In this document: one piece after another, positions 35,520 to 44,280 of the stretch | Position numbering within the stretch: position 1 is the first letter of the stretch | Layout: every line of letters begins with the position of its first letter | Assembly (NCBI GenBank): GCA_022072505.1 | Contig: JAJVHU010000029.1 | Span: 5,917-69,916, forward strand | Origin: Phycisphaerae bacterium | Lineage (GTDB): Bacteria; Planctomycetota; Phycisphaerae; UBA1845 | Direction of reading: 5' to 3' | DNA: 64,000 nucleotides | Program-made: the position numbers and the translations under genes | The notes under the pieces: generated by a model | What the model saw: the letters and a program-made list of their open reading frames with translations, nothing else | Databases searched by the model: none | What the model was told of the DNA's origin: nothing

Positions 35520-37820
35520 TCATCCCAGGCGGCTTGCGACCTGATAGGCCCCGAGGGCGGCGAGGTAGGCGAGGACGGTCATGTAGGTGAAGGTGAAGGC
35601 GGGCCAGCGCCACGAGCCGGTTTCGCGGCGGATGACCGCCAGGGTCGAGACGCACTGGCAGCAGAGGGCGAAGAACACCATCAGGGAAAGGGCGGAAGCC
35701 GTGGTGAAGAGCGGGCGGCCGTCCGGCCAGGAGGCTTGCGCGAGGGCGGCGCGTAATTCCGGAGATTCCTCGGTTTCCTCGGCGGAGAGGTTGAAGATCG
35801 TGGCGAGCGTGGCGACGACGACTTCGCGTGCGGGGAAGGAGGCGACGGCGGCGGTTCCGATGCGCCAGTCCCAGCCGAGAGGGCGGACCGCCGGTTCGAT
35901 CCAGCTTCCGAAGCGCCCGAGGCAGCTTTGCCGCAGGTAGACGCCGGCCTCTTCCGCGTCGAGGCGGGCCAGCGCGGCTTCAAGGGCTGCATCCGGCGCG
36001 TCGCCTGAAGCGGACTCGGCATCGGCATCGGCGGACTCGCCGGACGCGGACGAAGTCGCCAACGCCTGCCGCCGGGCCTCGAACTCGGCGTGGATCGAAA
36101 CCGGCCTCGGGTAGTAAGCGAGCGCCCAGATGACGACGGAGCACGCCAGAATGACCGTTCCGGCGTTGACCACGAATTCGCGCCCGGCGCGATAGGCGCG
36201 GTGTACGACGGACTTCCACGCCGGCCAGGTGTAATTCGGAAGCTCGATCACCAGCCCGGGCACGATCCGGCTGCCCAGCAGGGCGTGCAACACCCCTGCG
36301 ACAACGACCGCGACCGCCGCGCCGACCAGATACATCGCCAACCAGGTCACGGCGCGGGTGCTGACGGATCCGCCGAAGATTCGCGTGTCCGGGATGAACG
36401 CGCTGATGAGCAGGGCGTAGACGGGGAGGCGGGCGCTGCAGCTCATCAGCGGCGCGACGAGCATCGTGATCAACCGGTTTCGGCGGTCTTCGATTACGCG
36501 CGTGGCGAGGATGCCGGGCACGGCGCAGGCGAAGGAGGACAGCAGAGGGATGAAGGATCGGCCGCTCAGGCCGACGCGGCGCAAATGCCGGTCCAGCACG
36601 AACGCCGCCCGCGACATGTATCCGCAGTCCTCAAGCAGCGCGATGAACAGGAAGAGAATGACGATCTGCGGCAGGAAGATGAGGACGCCGCCGACGCCGC
36701 CGATCGCGCCGTCGACGATCAGGCTGCGCAGCGCGCCCTCGGTCATCACGCCCTCGACCCACCCTCCGACGGCGGCGAACCCGCCTTCGACGAGGTCCAT
36801 CAGGGGCGACGCCCAACTGTAGATCGCCTGAAAGACGACGAGCATCAGCAGGAGGAACGCCGCCAGTCCGAACACCGGATGCGCGAGGACGCCGTCCACC
36901 CGGTCCGAGCGGGAGGCCGCGGCGGCATCCGCGTTGCGTCGCGTCACGCGGGACACGACCTCCTCGATCCAGCGGTAGCGAACCTCGGCCTCGATCGTCG
37001 GCAGGGCGATGCCTTCGGAAAGGAGGCGTCCGCGGTGCTCCTGAAGGGCGGAGAGCAGGCGTGGATCGCAGCGGCGGCTGAGGTGGCCTTCGACGATGCC
37101 TGCGGGGTTGAGCAGGGTCTGAAGGAGTTCGGCGCGGCAGGGATGATGACAGGCGTCGCCGCAGGCATGTCCGCCGCCCGGGGACGCGTTGGCCGACAGG
37201 ACGTCCAAGGCGGTGCAGATGCAGTCAGGGAATTTGAGGCAATGCGCGCCGGACTGCCCGGCGAGCGCTTTGCGGACCGCCTCGTCGAGTCGGGCGACGC
37301 CGACGCCTTTGAGGGCGAGCACCGGCACGACCGGGACACCCAGCGCCTCCGTCAGCGCCGAGGCGTCGATCGTTTCCCCCCGGCGCCGGGCGACGTCGGT
37401 CATCGTCAGCGCCACGACCGTGGGGCAGCCGAGTTCGAGGATCTGGCTCACGAGAAACAGGTTGCGCCGCAGGTTGGACGCGTCCACGACGCAGATCACG
37501 CCGTCCGGACGAGGCGTGCTCGGCTCATACCCGAGAAGGACGCGAAGCGTGATGTCCTCGTCCGCCGCCGCGGCGTCGAGGCTGTAAGCGCCCGGCAGAT
37601 CAAGGAGGTCCACCTCGGCAGGCTCGCCCACCGCGCGAAGCCGCCCCAGTTTTTTCTCGACGGTGACGCCGGCGTAGTTGGCCACGTGCTGCCGGAACCC
37701 CGTCAGGGCGTTGAACAGCGTGGATTTCCCCGTGTTCGGATTGCCGACGAGCGCCACCGTCCAGCGCCGCACCGGAACGGACGGGAGCGTGGTCAGGGAG
37801 AGGCTGACGCCGGCGCTCAT
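35520..37820 (-). CDS. feoB: ferrous iron transporter FeoB
   Basis: The N-terminal G-domain reads GNPNTGKSTLFNALTG ... DLPGAYSL, followed by the polytopic permease domain. Confidence 0.9.
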   Translation of the reverse strand: MSAGVSLSLTTLPSVPVRRWTVALVGNPNTGKSTLFNALTGFRQHVANYAGVTVEKKLGRLRAVGEPAEVDLLDLPGAYSLDAAAADEDITLRVLLGYEPSTPRPDGVICVVDASNLRRNLFLVSQILELGCPTVVALTMTDVARRRGETIDASALTEALGVPVVPVLALKGVGVARLDEAVRKALAGQSGAHCLKFPDCICTALDVLSANASPGGGHACGDACHHPCRAELLQTLLNPAGIVEGHLSRRCDPRLLSALQEHRGRLLSEGIALPTIEAEVRYRWIEEVVSRVTRRNADAAAASRSDRVDGVLAHPVFGLAAFLLLMLVVFQAIYSWASPLMDLVEGGFAAVGGWVEGVMTEGALRSLIVDGAIGGVGGVLIFLPQIVILFLFIALLEDCGYMSRAAFVLDRHLRRVGLSGRSFIPLLSSFACAVPGILATRVIEDRRNRLITMLVAPLMSCSARLPVYALLISAFIPDTRIFGGSVSTRAVTWLAMYLVGAAVAVVVAGVLHALLGSRIVPGLVIELPNYTWPAWKSVVHRAYRAGREFVVNAGTVILACSVVIWALAYYPRPVSIHAEFEARRQALATSSASGESADADAESASGDAPDAALEAALARLDAEEAGVYLRQSCLGRFGSWIEPAVRPLGWDWRIGTAAVASFPAREVVVATLATIFNLSAEETEESPELRAALAQASWPDGRPLFTTASALSLMVFFALCCQCVSTLAVIRRETGSWRWPAFTFTYMTVLAYLAALGAYQVASRLG

Positions 37821-37893
37821 GAGCCGCGCTCCGGAGGACGGGCGCCGTCGAGGCCAACCGGTTGAGTCGCGGGCGGGAACATGTTCAGTCGCG

Positions 37894-38124
37894 TCAGTCT
37901 CCCGCCCGGCGCAGCATCACGGATTTCTGAAGGCAGTCGCTCAACCCCAGCCGCGAGTTCGACAAACGCACGATGCAGGGGCGACCGGGGCGCAGCATCT
38001 GAACGATCGCCCCGGGCACGAAACCCAGGTCCGCCAGCCGTTTCGCGGACGGGTTGGCCAAGTCCACCCGGACCACGCTCGCCTGCTCGCCGCGGCGCAG
38101 CAAATCCATCGTTACCGTGTTCAT
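37894..38124 (-). CDS. feoA: FeoA family protein
   Basis: From ATG at 38124 it forms an SH3-like FeoA domain (LLRRGEQASVVRVDLANPSAKRLADLGFVPGAIVQML). It lies upstream of feoB. Confidence 0.8.
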   Translation of the reverse strand: MNTVTMDLLRRGEQASVVRVDLANPSAKRLADLGFVPGAIVQMLRPGRPCIVRLSNSRLGLSDCLQKSVMLRRAGD

Positions 38125-38292
38125 GCTGAAATGACCCGCGGACGCGAGGACGATCTTATTCCGGGAGTCCGGCGTCCGTTTAGACCGGATACTAACGAGC
38201 CGAGCGTGCGGCGGCAACGCGGGGCGCGAGTCGGGCGGCGGTGGCGGCGCGCCAGGTCAAAGCGCCGCCGCGGTCCAGCGTTACGGGATCCG

Positions 38293-39267
38293 CTACAACC
38301 AGCGCTTCCGGCGGAAGTACGCGAACATCCCTCCCCCGACCGCCGCCATGAAAGCGAGGACGATCCAGAACCCCAACGGGTGTTCCGCGCCAGGCCACGA
38401 CCGCAGGTTCATCCCGTAGATGCCCGCGACGGCCGTCATCGGCAGCAGGATCGCCGCGTAACCGGTCAGCACGCGCATGACCTCGCTGGTGCGCGTCGCC
38501 AGGGCCGAGTGATAGTTGTCGCGCACGCCGTCGAGGCGGTCGCGCAGCGTTCCGATCGTGTCGATGACGTTAATCAGGTGATCGCGGAGCCGGGTGAAGC
38601 GCTGCCCGAGGTTCTCGGAGATGTGGTCGAACTCCCCCTTGGCGACGGGGGCGATCAGGTCTCGCTTCGAGGTCGCCGCCCGCCGCAGCTCAAGCAGCTC
38701 CCGGTGAAGGCGCGACACCATCTGGACGATGCCCGCATCGACGTCGTCCTCGAGCGACTCCTCCTCGAGGTGTTCGACGAGGCGCTCGTAGTGCTCCGTG
38801 ACCTCGACGTAGCGGTCCACCATCATGTCGATGATGTCGTAAAGGACGAAGTCGGGCCCGCGGGCGAGGAGTTGATGCCCGATCTTCGAGCAGCGTTCGC
38901 GCATCGCGCTGATCGTGCGCAGCGGCTCGTGATGGATCGTCACCAGAAACCGCGATCCGCAGAACGCCGCGACGCGCCGCGGCTGGAACTCGGTCCCTTC
39001 GCGCGGGGCGAACGCGCCGAGCATGACGATGAAGAGGTAATGCTCGAACTCCTCGATCCGCGGTCTCGGGTCGCCGCGTTGACAGGCGTCCAGCGCCGCT
39101 CCGTCCAGGGCGCTGATGCGTCGAAGCTGCTCGATCTCCTCGGGCGTGGGGGCTTCGAGGTCCACCCAGACCGTCACCCCCTCCTGCGCCCACGCCGGAC
39201 CGAGCACCTCCAGCGACGCGATCTGCTCGGCGGTTCCATCGGAGAATCGTGCGAAAGCGGTGAACAT
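38293..39267 (-). CDS. corA: magnesium/cobalt transporter CorA
   Basis: It has a cytoplasmic funnel domain plus two C-terminal TM helices carrying the GIYGMNL (GMN) motif. Confidence 0.9.
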   Translation of the reverse strand: MFTAFARFSDGTAEQIASLEVLGPAWAQEGVTVWVDLEAPTPEEIEQLRRISALDGAALDACQRGDPRPRIEEFEHYLFIVMLGAFAPREGTEFQPRRVAAFCGSRFLVTIHHEPLRTISAMRERCSKIGHQLLARGPDFVLYDIIDMMVDRYVEVTEHYERLVEHLEEESLEDDVDAGIVQMVSRLHRELLELRRAATSKRDLIAPVAKGEFDHISENLGQRFTRLRDHLINVIDTIGTLRDRLDGVRDNYHSALATRTSEVMRVLTGYAAILLPMTAVAGIYGMNLRSWPGAEHPLGFWIVLAFMAAVGGGMFAYFRRKRWL

Positions 39268-39404
39268 GCGGTCGAAGTGTTCTCCAGGGTAATCCGGGCA
39301 TCATGCGCCAAGTCACATCGAAGGTCCACCTCCTGTCGATTTGATCGAAAACGGGTCGATCCCTAAGCTTGCGATCGGATCAACCGCGGCGGAAACAAAT
39401 GTGA

Positions 39405-42400
39405 TTGAACATGTCTGAACAGTCCGCAACCGTTCAAAAACGCGAGCGAACCGGCGCCTACGACCCGTCGGTCATCGAGCCGCGGTGGCAGGCGTGGTGG
39501 GCCGCGCGGGGGACGTACCGCGCGCCGAACCCGGGGGAGCCGGGGTTCGACCCGGCGCGGCCCAAGTTCTACGTGCTCGACATGTTCCCCTACCCGAGCG
39601 GGGCGGGGCTGCACGTCGGGCATCCGGAGGGGTACACCGCGACGGACATCGTGGCGCGATACAAGCGGGCGCGGGGGTTCAACGTCTTGCACCCGATGGG
39701 GTGGGACGCCTTCGGGTTGCCGGCCGAGCAGTACGCCATCCAGACCGGCGTCCACCCGGCGATCACCACGCGCAAGGCGATCGATACGTTCCGCCGGCAG
39801 CTTCAGCGCTTCGGGTTCTGCTACGACTGGTCGCGCGAGTTCGCCACGATCGACCCGGATTACTACCGCTGGACGCAGTGGATCTTCCTGAAGCTCTACA
39901 ATTCGTGGTTTGATACGGGAGATAGGCAACAGGCAACAGGGAACAGGCAACAGGCGGCAGGCAGCGGGCAACAGGCAGCAGGGAGCGGGCAGCAGGCGAC
40001 GGGCAGCGGGCAGCAGGAGGAGGCGCAAAAGCACACAGGGACAGAGGCGCACAGGGATGAAGGCAGGGGGGCGCAAACGTGGGACGGCGCGGAGGGCAAG
40101 GGTCGTGCCCGGGCGATTGAGGCGCTGGTGGCGGAGCTCGAGTCCGGCGAGCGCGAGCCGCGGATCAACCCCGAGGCAGCGGAGCACTCGACGGCGGACA
40201 AAGCGCAGGTCTTCGGATCGTGGTCCACGTTGGATCGAGCGACGAAGCGGCGGATCATCGACAGCTACCGACTCGCGTACCTTGCGGAACAGACCGTCAA
40301 CTGGTGCCCGAAGCTCGGCACAGCGCTGGCGAACGAGGAGGTGACGGCGGACGGGCTGTCGGAGCGCGGGCACTTCCCGGTGTTCCGAAAACCGCTGAAA
40401 CAGTGGATGCTGCGCATCACGGCGTACGCGGATCGCCTGCTGGACGGTCTGAACGTCGTGGACTGGCCGGAGAGCACGCGCATCCAGCAGACGGAGTGGA
40501 TCGGCAGAAGCGAAGGGGCGGAGATCGAGTTTCCGCTGGCGGACGTTGGCGTGGTTCAACAAGATGGGCCAGAGTTGCGTGGTGAGGCAGGGTTGCGTGG
40601 TGGGGCAGGTCTCCGACCTGCCGCGGGTCAGCCAACTCTCCGAGTTGGCTCCAAGGATTCCACGACCGAGGGAGATGGTTCGTCGATGTCATTGCATCCG
40701 CCCTCGGTCGTCGCCGACGTTGAAGTCGGCCGTGAGCCGGTCGTTCGTGCGGCGACCTTTGTCGGCCGCGATCCGTATCCGCCGGGCGAGCCGTCTCCCC
40801 ACGACTTGATTGCTCAGGCTCGCCGCCTTCCGCATCTGGAGTTGGAAGGAGCTACCTACTTCGTAACCTGGAAGACCGCTGACGGCTTGCCGCTGTCGCG
40901 GCACGAGCGGACGATGGCGTTGAAGGCGCTGGGACATTGGGACGGTCAGCGCTGCCGGGTGTATCTGGCCAATGTGATGTCGAATCACGTTCATTGGATT
41001 GTTCGGCCGTTCGAGGGAGTGCGTCTGGGCGACCTGGTGGGGAGCGTCAAGAAGTTCAGCGCACGGGAGATCCACGCGGGGCGCGGCGCGCAGGGCCGGC
41101 TTTGGCAGGAGGAACGGTTCGATCACATCATTCGGGATGAACGATGGTTCACGGCATTTACGTATTATGTCCTGCGAAATCCCGTCGTGGCGGGCGTTGT
41201 GAAGAAGCCTTCGGAATACGATCACACGTGGGTGCATGAGGAGGTCTGCGCGGCGGAGGGCCTGAGCCTGGCTGCGGGCAGTTCGGAGAACTGCCCGACC
41301 GGCGGCAGGTCGGAGACCTGCCCCACCACGCAACCCTGCCCCACCACGCAACCCTGCCTCACCACGCAACCCTGCCCCACCTTGGAGACCTGCCCCACCT
41401 TGGAGAACCGCCCGACTTTGCGCGTCTTCACCACGCGGCCCGACACGATCTTCGGGGCGACGTACATGGTGGTGGCGCCGGAGCATCCGCTGGTGGCGCG
41501 GGTGCTGGAGAACCCGGCGCCGGAGACGGATGTTCAGAAATTGCGGGCGTACGTCGAGGCGGCGCGGAACCGCGGCGACGTGGAGCGGATGGCCGGTGCG
41601 GAGAAGACCAAGACCGGCGTGTTCACGGGCGTGTATTGCATCAATCCGGCGGTGGCGGCGGAATCCACCGTCGCGGCGGGATCGACGGATCCGGTTTTCG
41701 CTGCGCATCCGGCGCGAATTCCGGTCTGGACGGCGGATTACGTGCTGATGGGATACGGCACGGGCGCGATCATGGCCGTGCCGGGACAGGACCAGCGCGA
41801 CTGGGATTTCGCCGAGGCGTTCGACCTTCCGATCGTCCGGACGGTTCAGCCGCCGGAGGGGTTTGACGGGGAGGCTTACCTCGGCGACGGACCGGCGATG
41901 AACAGCGGGTTCCTGAACGGGCTGGACATCGACGACGCGAAGCGACGGATCATCGACTGGCTGGAGGAGCGGGGTGTCGGCCGGCGGCGCGTGCAGTACA
42001 AGCTGCGCGACTGGTTGTTCTCGCGGCAGCGGTACTGGGGCGAGCCGTTTCCGATCGTCTTCGACGAGGCGGGGAATCATTACCCGGTTGAGGAGTGTCA
42101 TCTTCCTGTCACTCTTCCGGAGATGGCCGACTATCACCCGGAGGAAAGCGACGAGCCGCGTCCGCTGCTGGCGAAGGCGAGCGGGTGGGCGCGGACGACG
42201 GCGGGCGCGGCGGGGGTCCGCGCGGCGACGGATGAGGCGGACGTGCTGGGTCTGCCGCCGGACGCGCGGGTGTCGCGCGAGACGAACACGATGCCCGGGT
42301 GGGCCGGGTCGTGCTGGTACTACCTGCGCTACTGCGATCCGAAGAACCCCGCGTGCTTCTCGGGTCCGGAGGCGCATCAGTACTGGATGGGCAGGGGCGG

Positions 42401-43385
42401 CGTCGATCTTTACATCGGGGGGTCCGAACACGCCGTGCTGCACCTGCTGTATGCGCGGTTCTGGCACAAGGTCTTGTTCGACCTCGGGTGCGTCGGCACG
42501 ATCGAGCCGTTCCGCAAGCTGTTTCACCAGGGATTGATCACGTCGTACGCGTATCAGCGGCCCGACAAGTCGCTGGTCGCGGTGGACGCCGTCGAGGAAG
42601 TCGAGGAGGGGAGGTTCATCGAGCGCGAGACCGGAAAGCCGGTGGCGCAGGTCGTCGCGAAGATGAGCAAGTCGCTCAAGAACGTGGTGAACCCGGACGA
42701 CGTGATCGCGGAGTACGGCGCGGACACGTTCCGGATGTACGAGATGTTCATGGGCCCGCTGGAGGCGTCGAAACCGTGGAACCCGCGCGACGTCGGCGGG
42801 CTTTTCAAGCTGTGCAACCGGATCTGGCGGTTGTTCATCGATCCGGATACGGGAGAGGTGGGCGAGACGGTCACGACGGATGAGCCGACGCGCGAGGCGC
42901 TGCGCATCCTGCACAAGACGATCCAGCACGTCGGCGAGGACGTCGAGCATCTGAAATTCAACACCGCGATCGCCCGGTTGTTCGACTTCGTCAACGCCCT
43001 GACCCCGATGGAGCGGCGCCCCGTCGCGGTGCTCGAACCCTTCCTGCGCGTGCTGGCGCCGTTCGCGCCGCACCTGGCGGAGGAATTGCGGCATCGGCTG
43101 TGTGCGGCCGGATTGATCCCGGATGCGCCGGCGGAGTCCCCCAGCATCACGGGGCTTGCGTGGCCGGAGCACGACGAGGCGCTGGCGAAGGACGACGAGG
43201 TGGAGATTGCGGTGCAGATTCTGGGCAAAGTGAAGGCGAAGATCGTCGTTTCGGCGGACGCGGACGAAGCGACGCTGGAGCGCGTCGCGCTGGCGGACGC
43301 GAAGGTGCAGGAGCAGCTCGCGGGCAAGACGGTGCGCAAGGTCATCACGGTCCGGGGGCGGCTGGTGAACATCGTGGCGGGGTGA
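39405..43385 (+). CDS. leuS: leucine--tRNA ligase carrying two in-frame foreign insertions (1326 codons)
   Basis: The class I signatures are FPYPSGAGLHVGHPEGY (HIGH) and KMSKSLKN (KMSKS). The CP1/editing entry reads WIGRSEGAEIEF ... TLRVFTTRPDTIFGATYMVVAPEHPL. Ordinary bacterial LeuS proteins are roughly 800-900 aa. The excess maps to 39912-40100 and 40545-41414. Confidence 0.9.
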   Translation: MNMSEQSATVQKRERTGAYDPSVIEPRWQAWWAARGTYRAPNPGEPGFDPARPKFYVLDMFPYPSGAGLHVGHPEGYTATDIVARYKRARGFNVLHPMGWDAFGLPAEQYAIQTGVHPAITTRKAIDTFRRQLQRFGFCYDWSREFATIDPDYYRWTQWIFLKLYNSWFDTGDRQQATGNRQQAAGSGQQAAGSGQQATGSGQQEEAQKHTGTEAHRDEGRGAQTWDGAEGKGRARAIEALVAELESGEREPRINPEAAEHSTADKAQVFGSWSTLDRATKRRIIDSYRLAYLAEQTVNWCPKLGTALANEEVTADGLSERGHFPVFRKPLKQWMLRITAYADRLLDGLNVVDWPESTRIQQTEWIGRSEGAEIEFPLADVGVVQQDGPELRGEAGLRGGAGLRPAAGQPTLRVGSKDSTTEGDGSSMSLHPPSVVADVEVGREPVVRAATFVGRDPYPPGEPSPHDLIAQARRLPHLELEGATYFVTWKTADGLPLSRHERTMALKALGHWDGQRCRVYLANVMSNHVHWIVRPFEGVRLGDLVGSVKKFSAREIHAGRGAQGRLWQEERFDHIIRDERWFTAFTYYVLRNPVVAGVVKKPSEYDHTWVHEEVCAAEGLSLAAGSSENCPTGGRSETCPTTQPCPTTQPCLTTQPCPTLETCPTLENRPTLRVFTTRPDTIFGATYMVVAPEHPLVARVLENPAPETDVQKLRAYVEAARNRGDVERMAGAEKTKTGVFTGVYCINPAVAAESTVAAGSTDPVFAAHPARIPVWTADYVLMGYGTGAIMAVPGQDQRDWDFAEAFDLPIVRTVQPPEGFDGEAYLGDGPAMNSGFLNGLDIDDAKRRIIDWLEERGVGRRRVQYKLRDWLFSRQRYWGEPFPIVFDEAGNHYPVEECHLPVTLPEMADYHPEESDEPRPLLAKASGWARTTAGAAGVRAATDEADVLGLPPDARVSRETNTMPGWAGSCWYYLRYCDPKNPACFSGPEAHQYWMGRGGVDLYIGGSEHAVLHLLYARFWHKVLFDLGCVGTIEPFRKLFHQGLITSYAYQRPDKSLVAVDAVEEVEEGRFIERETGKPVAQVVAKMSKSLKNVVNPDDVIAEYGADTFRMYEMFMGPLEASKPWNPRDVGGLFKLCNRIWRLFIDPDTGEVGETVTTDEPTREALRILHKTIQHVGEDVEHLKFNTAIARLFDFVNALTPMERRPVAVLEPFLRVLAPFAPHLAEELRHRLCAAGLIPDAPAESPSITGLAWPEHDEALAKDDEVEIAVQILGKVKAKIVVSADADEATLERVALADAKVQEQLAGKTVRKVITVRGRLVNIVAG
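39912..40016 (+). repeat. 5 x 21-nt tandem repeat inside leuS (encodes DTGDRQQ ATGNRQQ AAGSGQQ AAGSGQQ ATGSGQQ)
   Basis: Manual reading gives five head-to-tail 21-nt units of the GCNNCNGGNAGCGGGCARCAG type, in frame with leuS. Confidence 0.8.
40575..40622 (+). repeat. left inverted repeat of the Y1-transposase unit (contains hairpin GGCAGGTC-TCC-GACCTGCC at 40604-40622)
   Basis: TTGCGTGGTGAGGCAGGGTTGCGTGGTGGGGCAGGTCTCCGACCTGCC is the exact reverse complement of the right-end sequence once that end's extra 18-nt unit is removed. A second hairpin, GCCAACTC-TCC-GAGTTGGC, follows at 40631-40649. Confidence 0.85.
41304..41369 (+). repeat. right inverted repeat of the Y1-transposase unit (hairpin GGCAGGTC-GGA-GACCTGCC at 41304-41322, then 3 x 18-nt CCACCACGCAACCCTGCC units)
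   Basis: It is the reverse complement of 40575-40622 with one additional 18-nt unit. It is followed by 2 x CCTGCCCCACCTTGGAGA at about 41371-41406. Confidence 0.85.
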
Positions 43386-43386
43386 G

Positions 43387-44280
43387 ATGAATCGCGGCGC
43401 GCAACATCACGGGATCCTGCACGTCCACCCGGCGCGAGCGCGGTGCAACAGGCGTCCGTCGCTCGTTGTAAACGCACGGCGACTTCGCGCTGCCGGTCTT
43501 TTTCTGATGTTGCCGGCGTTGATGTGCGGTTGCCGCCGGTCTTCGGAATCCGTCGAAACATCCGACGCCGAACGCGGGCCAGCGAACGTTCTGCTCATCT
43601 CGCTGGACACGACGCGGGCGGATCATCTGGGTTGTTACGGGCACCCGAAGGTGAAGACGCCGAACCTCGACCGGCTGGCGGCGGAGGGGGTGCGGTTCGT
43701 CGAGTGCGTGTCGCCCGCGCCGATCACGCTTCCGTCGCATGCGAGTCTGCTGGCGGGGGTGTATCCCTTCGTTCACGGCGCGCGGGACAACAGCGTGTTC
43801 CGCCTGCCGGAGGCGCAGGAGACGCTGGCGGAGGCGATGAAGCAGGCCGGGTACACCACGGTCGCGGAAGTGGCGGCGGAAGTGCTGGATCGCCAGTTCG
43901 GTCTCGCGCAGGGTTTTGACGCATATACGGACACGCGCGGAGGAGGTTCGCGCGTGCATGAGCGTTCAGGGGCGGAGGTGGCGGCGCGCGCGGCGGCGCG
44001 GTTGAAAGGGTTGAAGGATCGGCCTTTCTTCCTCTTTCTTCATTTCTACGATCCGCACCTGCCGTATAAGCCGCCTGAACCTCATGCCTCGGCGTATCCG
44101 GGCGAGCCTTATCTGGGCGAAATCGCGGCGGTGGACGCGTACGTGGGGCGGGTGCTCGACGCCTTGGATGAACTGGGGCTGGCGGAGCGGACGCTCGTGG
44201 TGCTGACCGCCGATCACGGCGAAGGTCTCGGGCAGCATGACGAACCGTCGGGCGCTGGAGCTGGATCCGCAGAGCGTTGA
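43387..44280 (+). CDS. sulfatase-family lipoprotein, truncated after the ADHGEGLGQH segment
   Basis: It has a lipobox (LMLPALMCGC) and the N-terminal sulfatase segments NVLLISLDTTRADHLGCYG, ITLPSHASLLAGVYP and LTADHGEGLG. The ORF then runs into a short out-of-frame tail and stops. Confidence 0.7.
   Translation: MNRGAQHHGILHVHPARARCNRRPSLVVNARRLRAAGLFLMLPALMCGCRRSSESVETSDAERGPANVLLISLDTTRADHLGCYGHPKVKTPNLDRLAAEGVRFVECVSPAPITLPSHASLLAGVYPFVHGARDNSVFRLPEAQETLAEAMKQAGYTTVAEVAAEVLDRQFGLAQGFDAYTDTRGGGSRVHERSGAEVAARAAARLKGLKDRPFFLFLHFYDPHLPYKPPEPHASAYPGEPYLGEIAAVDAYVGRVLDALDELGLAERTLVVLTADHGEGLGQHDEPSGAGAGSAER

Larger units (their letters stand above)
40545..41414 (+). mobile_element. IS200/RAYT-type Y1 (HUH) transposase unit with flanking inverted hairpin repeats, embedded in frame in leuS
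   Basis: The core at 40812-41234 encodes RRLPHLELEGATYFVTWKT ... SNHVHWIVRP (HUH) ... FTYYVLRNPVVAGVV (catalytic Tyr helix, Y..NPV.AG). It is bounded by a 48-nt left repeat (40575-40622) and its reverse complement on the right (41304-41369). There is no stop codon anywhere in the unit. Confidence 0.8.

Noticed and set aside
41323-41406. Short direct repeats (3 x 18 nt, then 2 x 18 nt) that could be mistaken for a mini-CRISPR array
   Set aside because: The units are contiguous with no spacers and much shorter than CRISPR repeats. They are mirrored in inverted orientation at 40575-40603 and lie inside a coding frame. They are transposon-end (REP-type) repeats.
40689-43172. 827-aa minus-strand ORF inside leuS
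   Set aside because: It is antisense to a strongly conserved synthetase (KMSKS and anticodon-binding regions). It has the same Arg/Pro-rich artefact composition.
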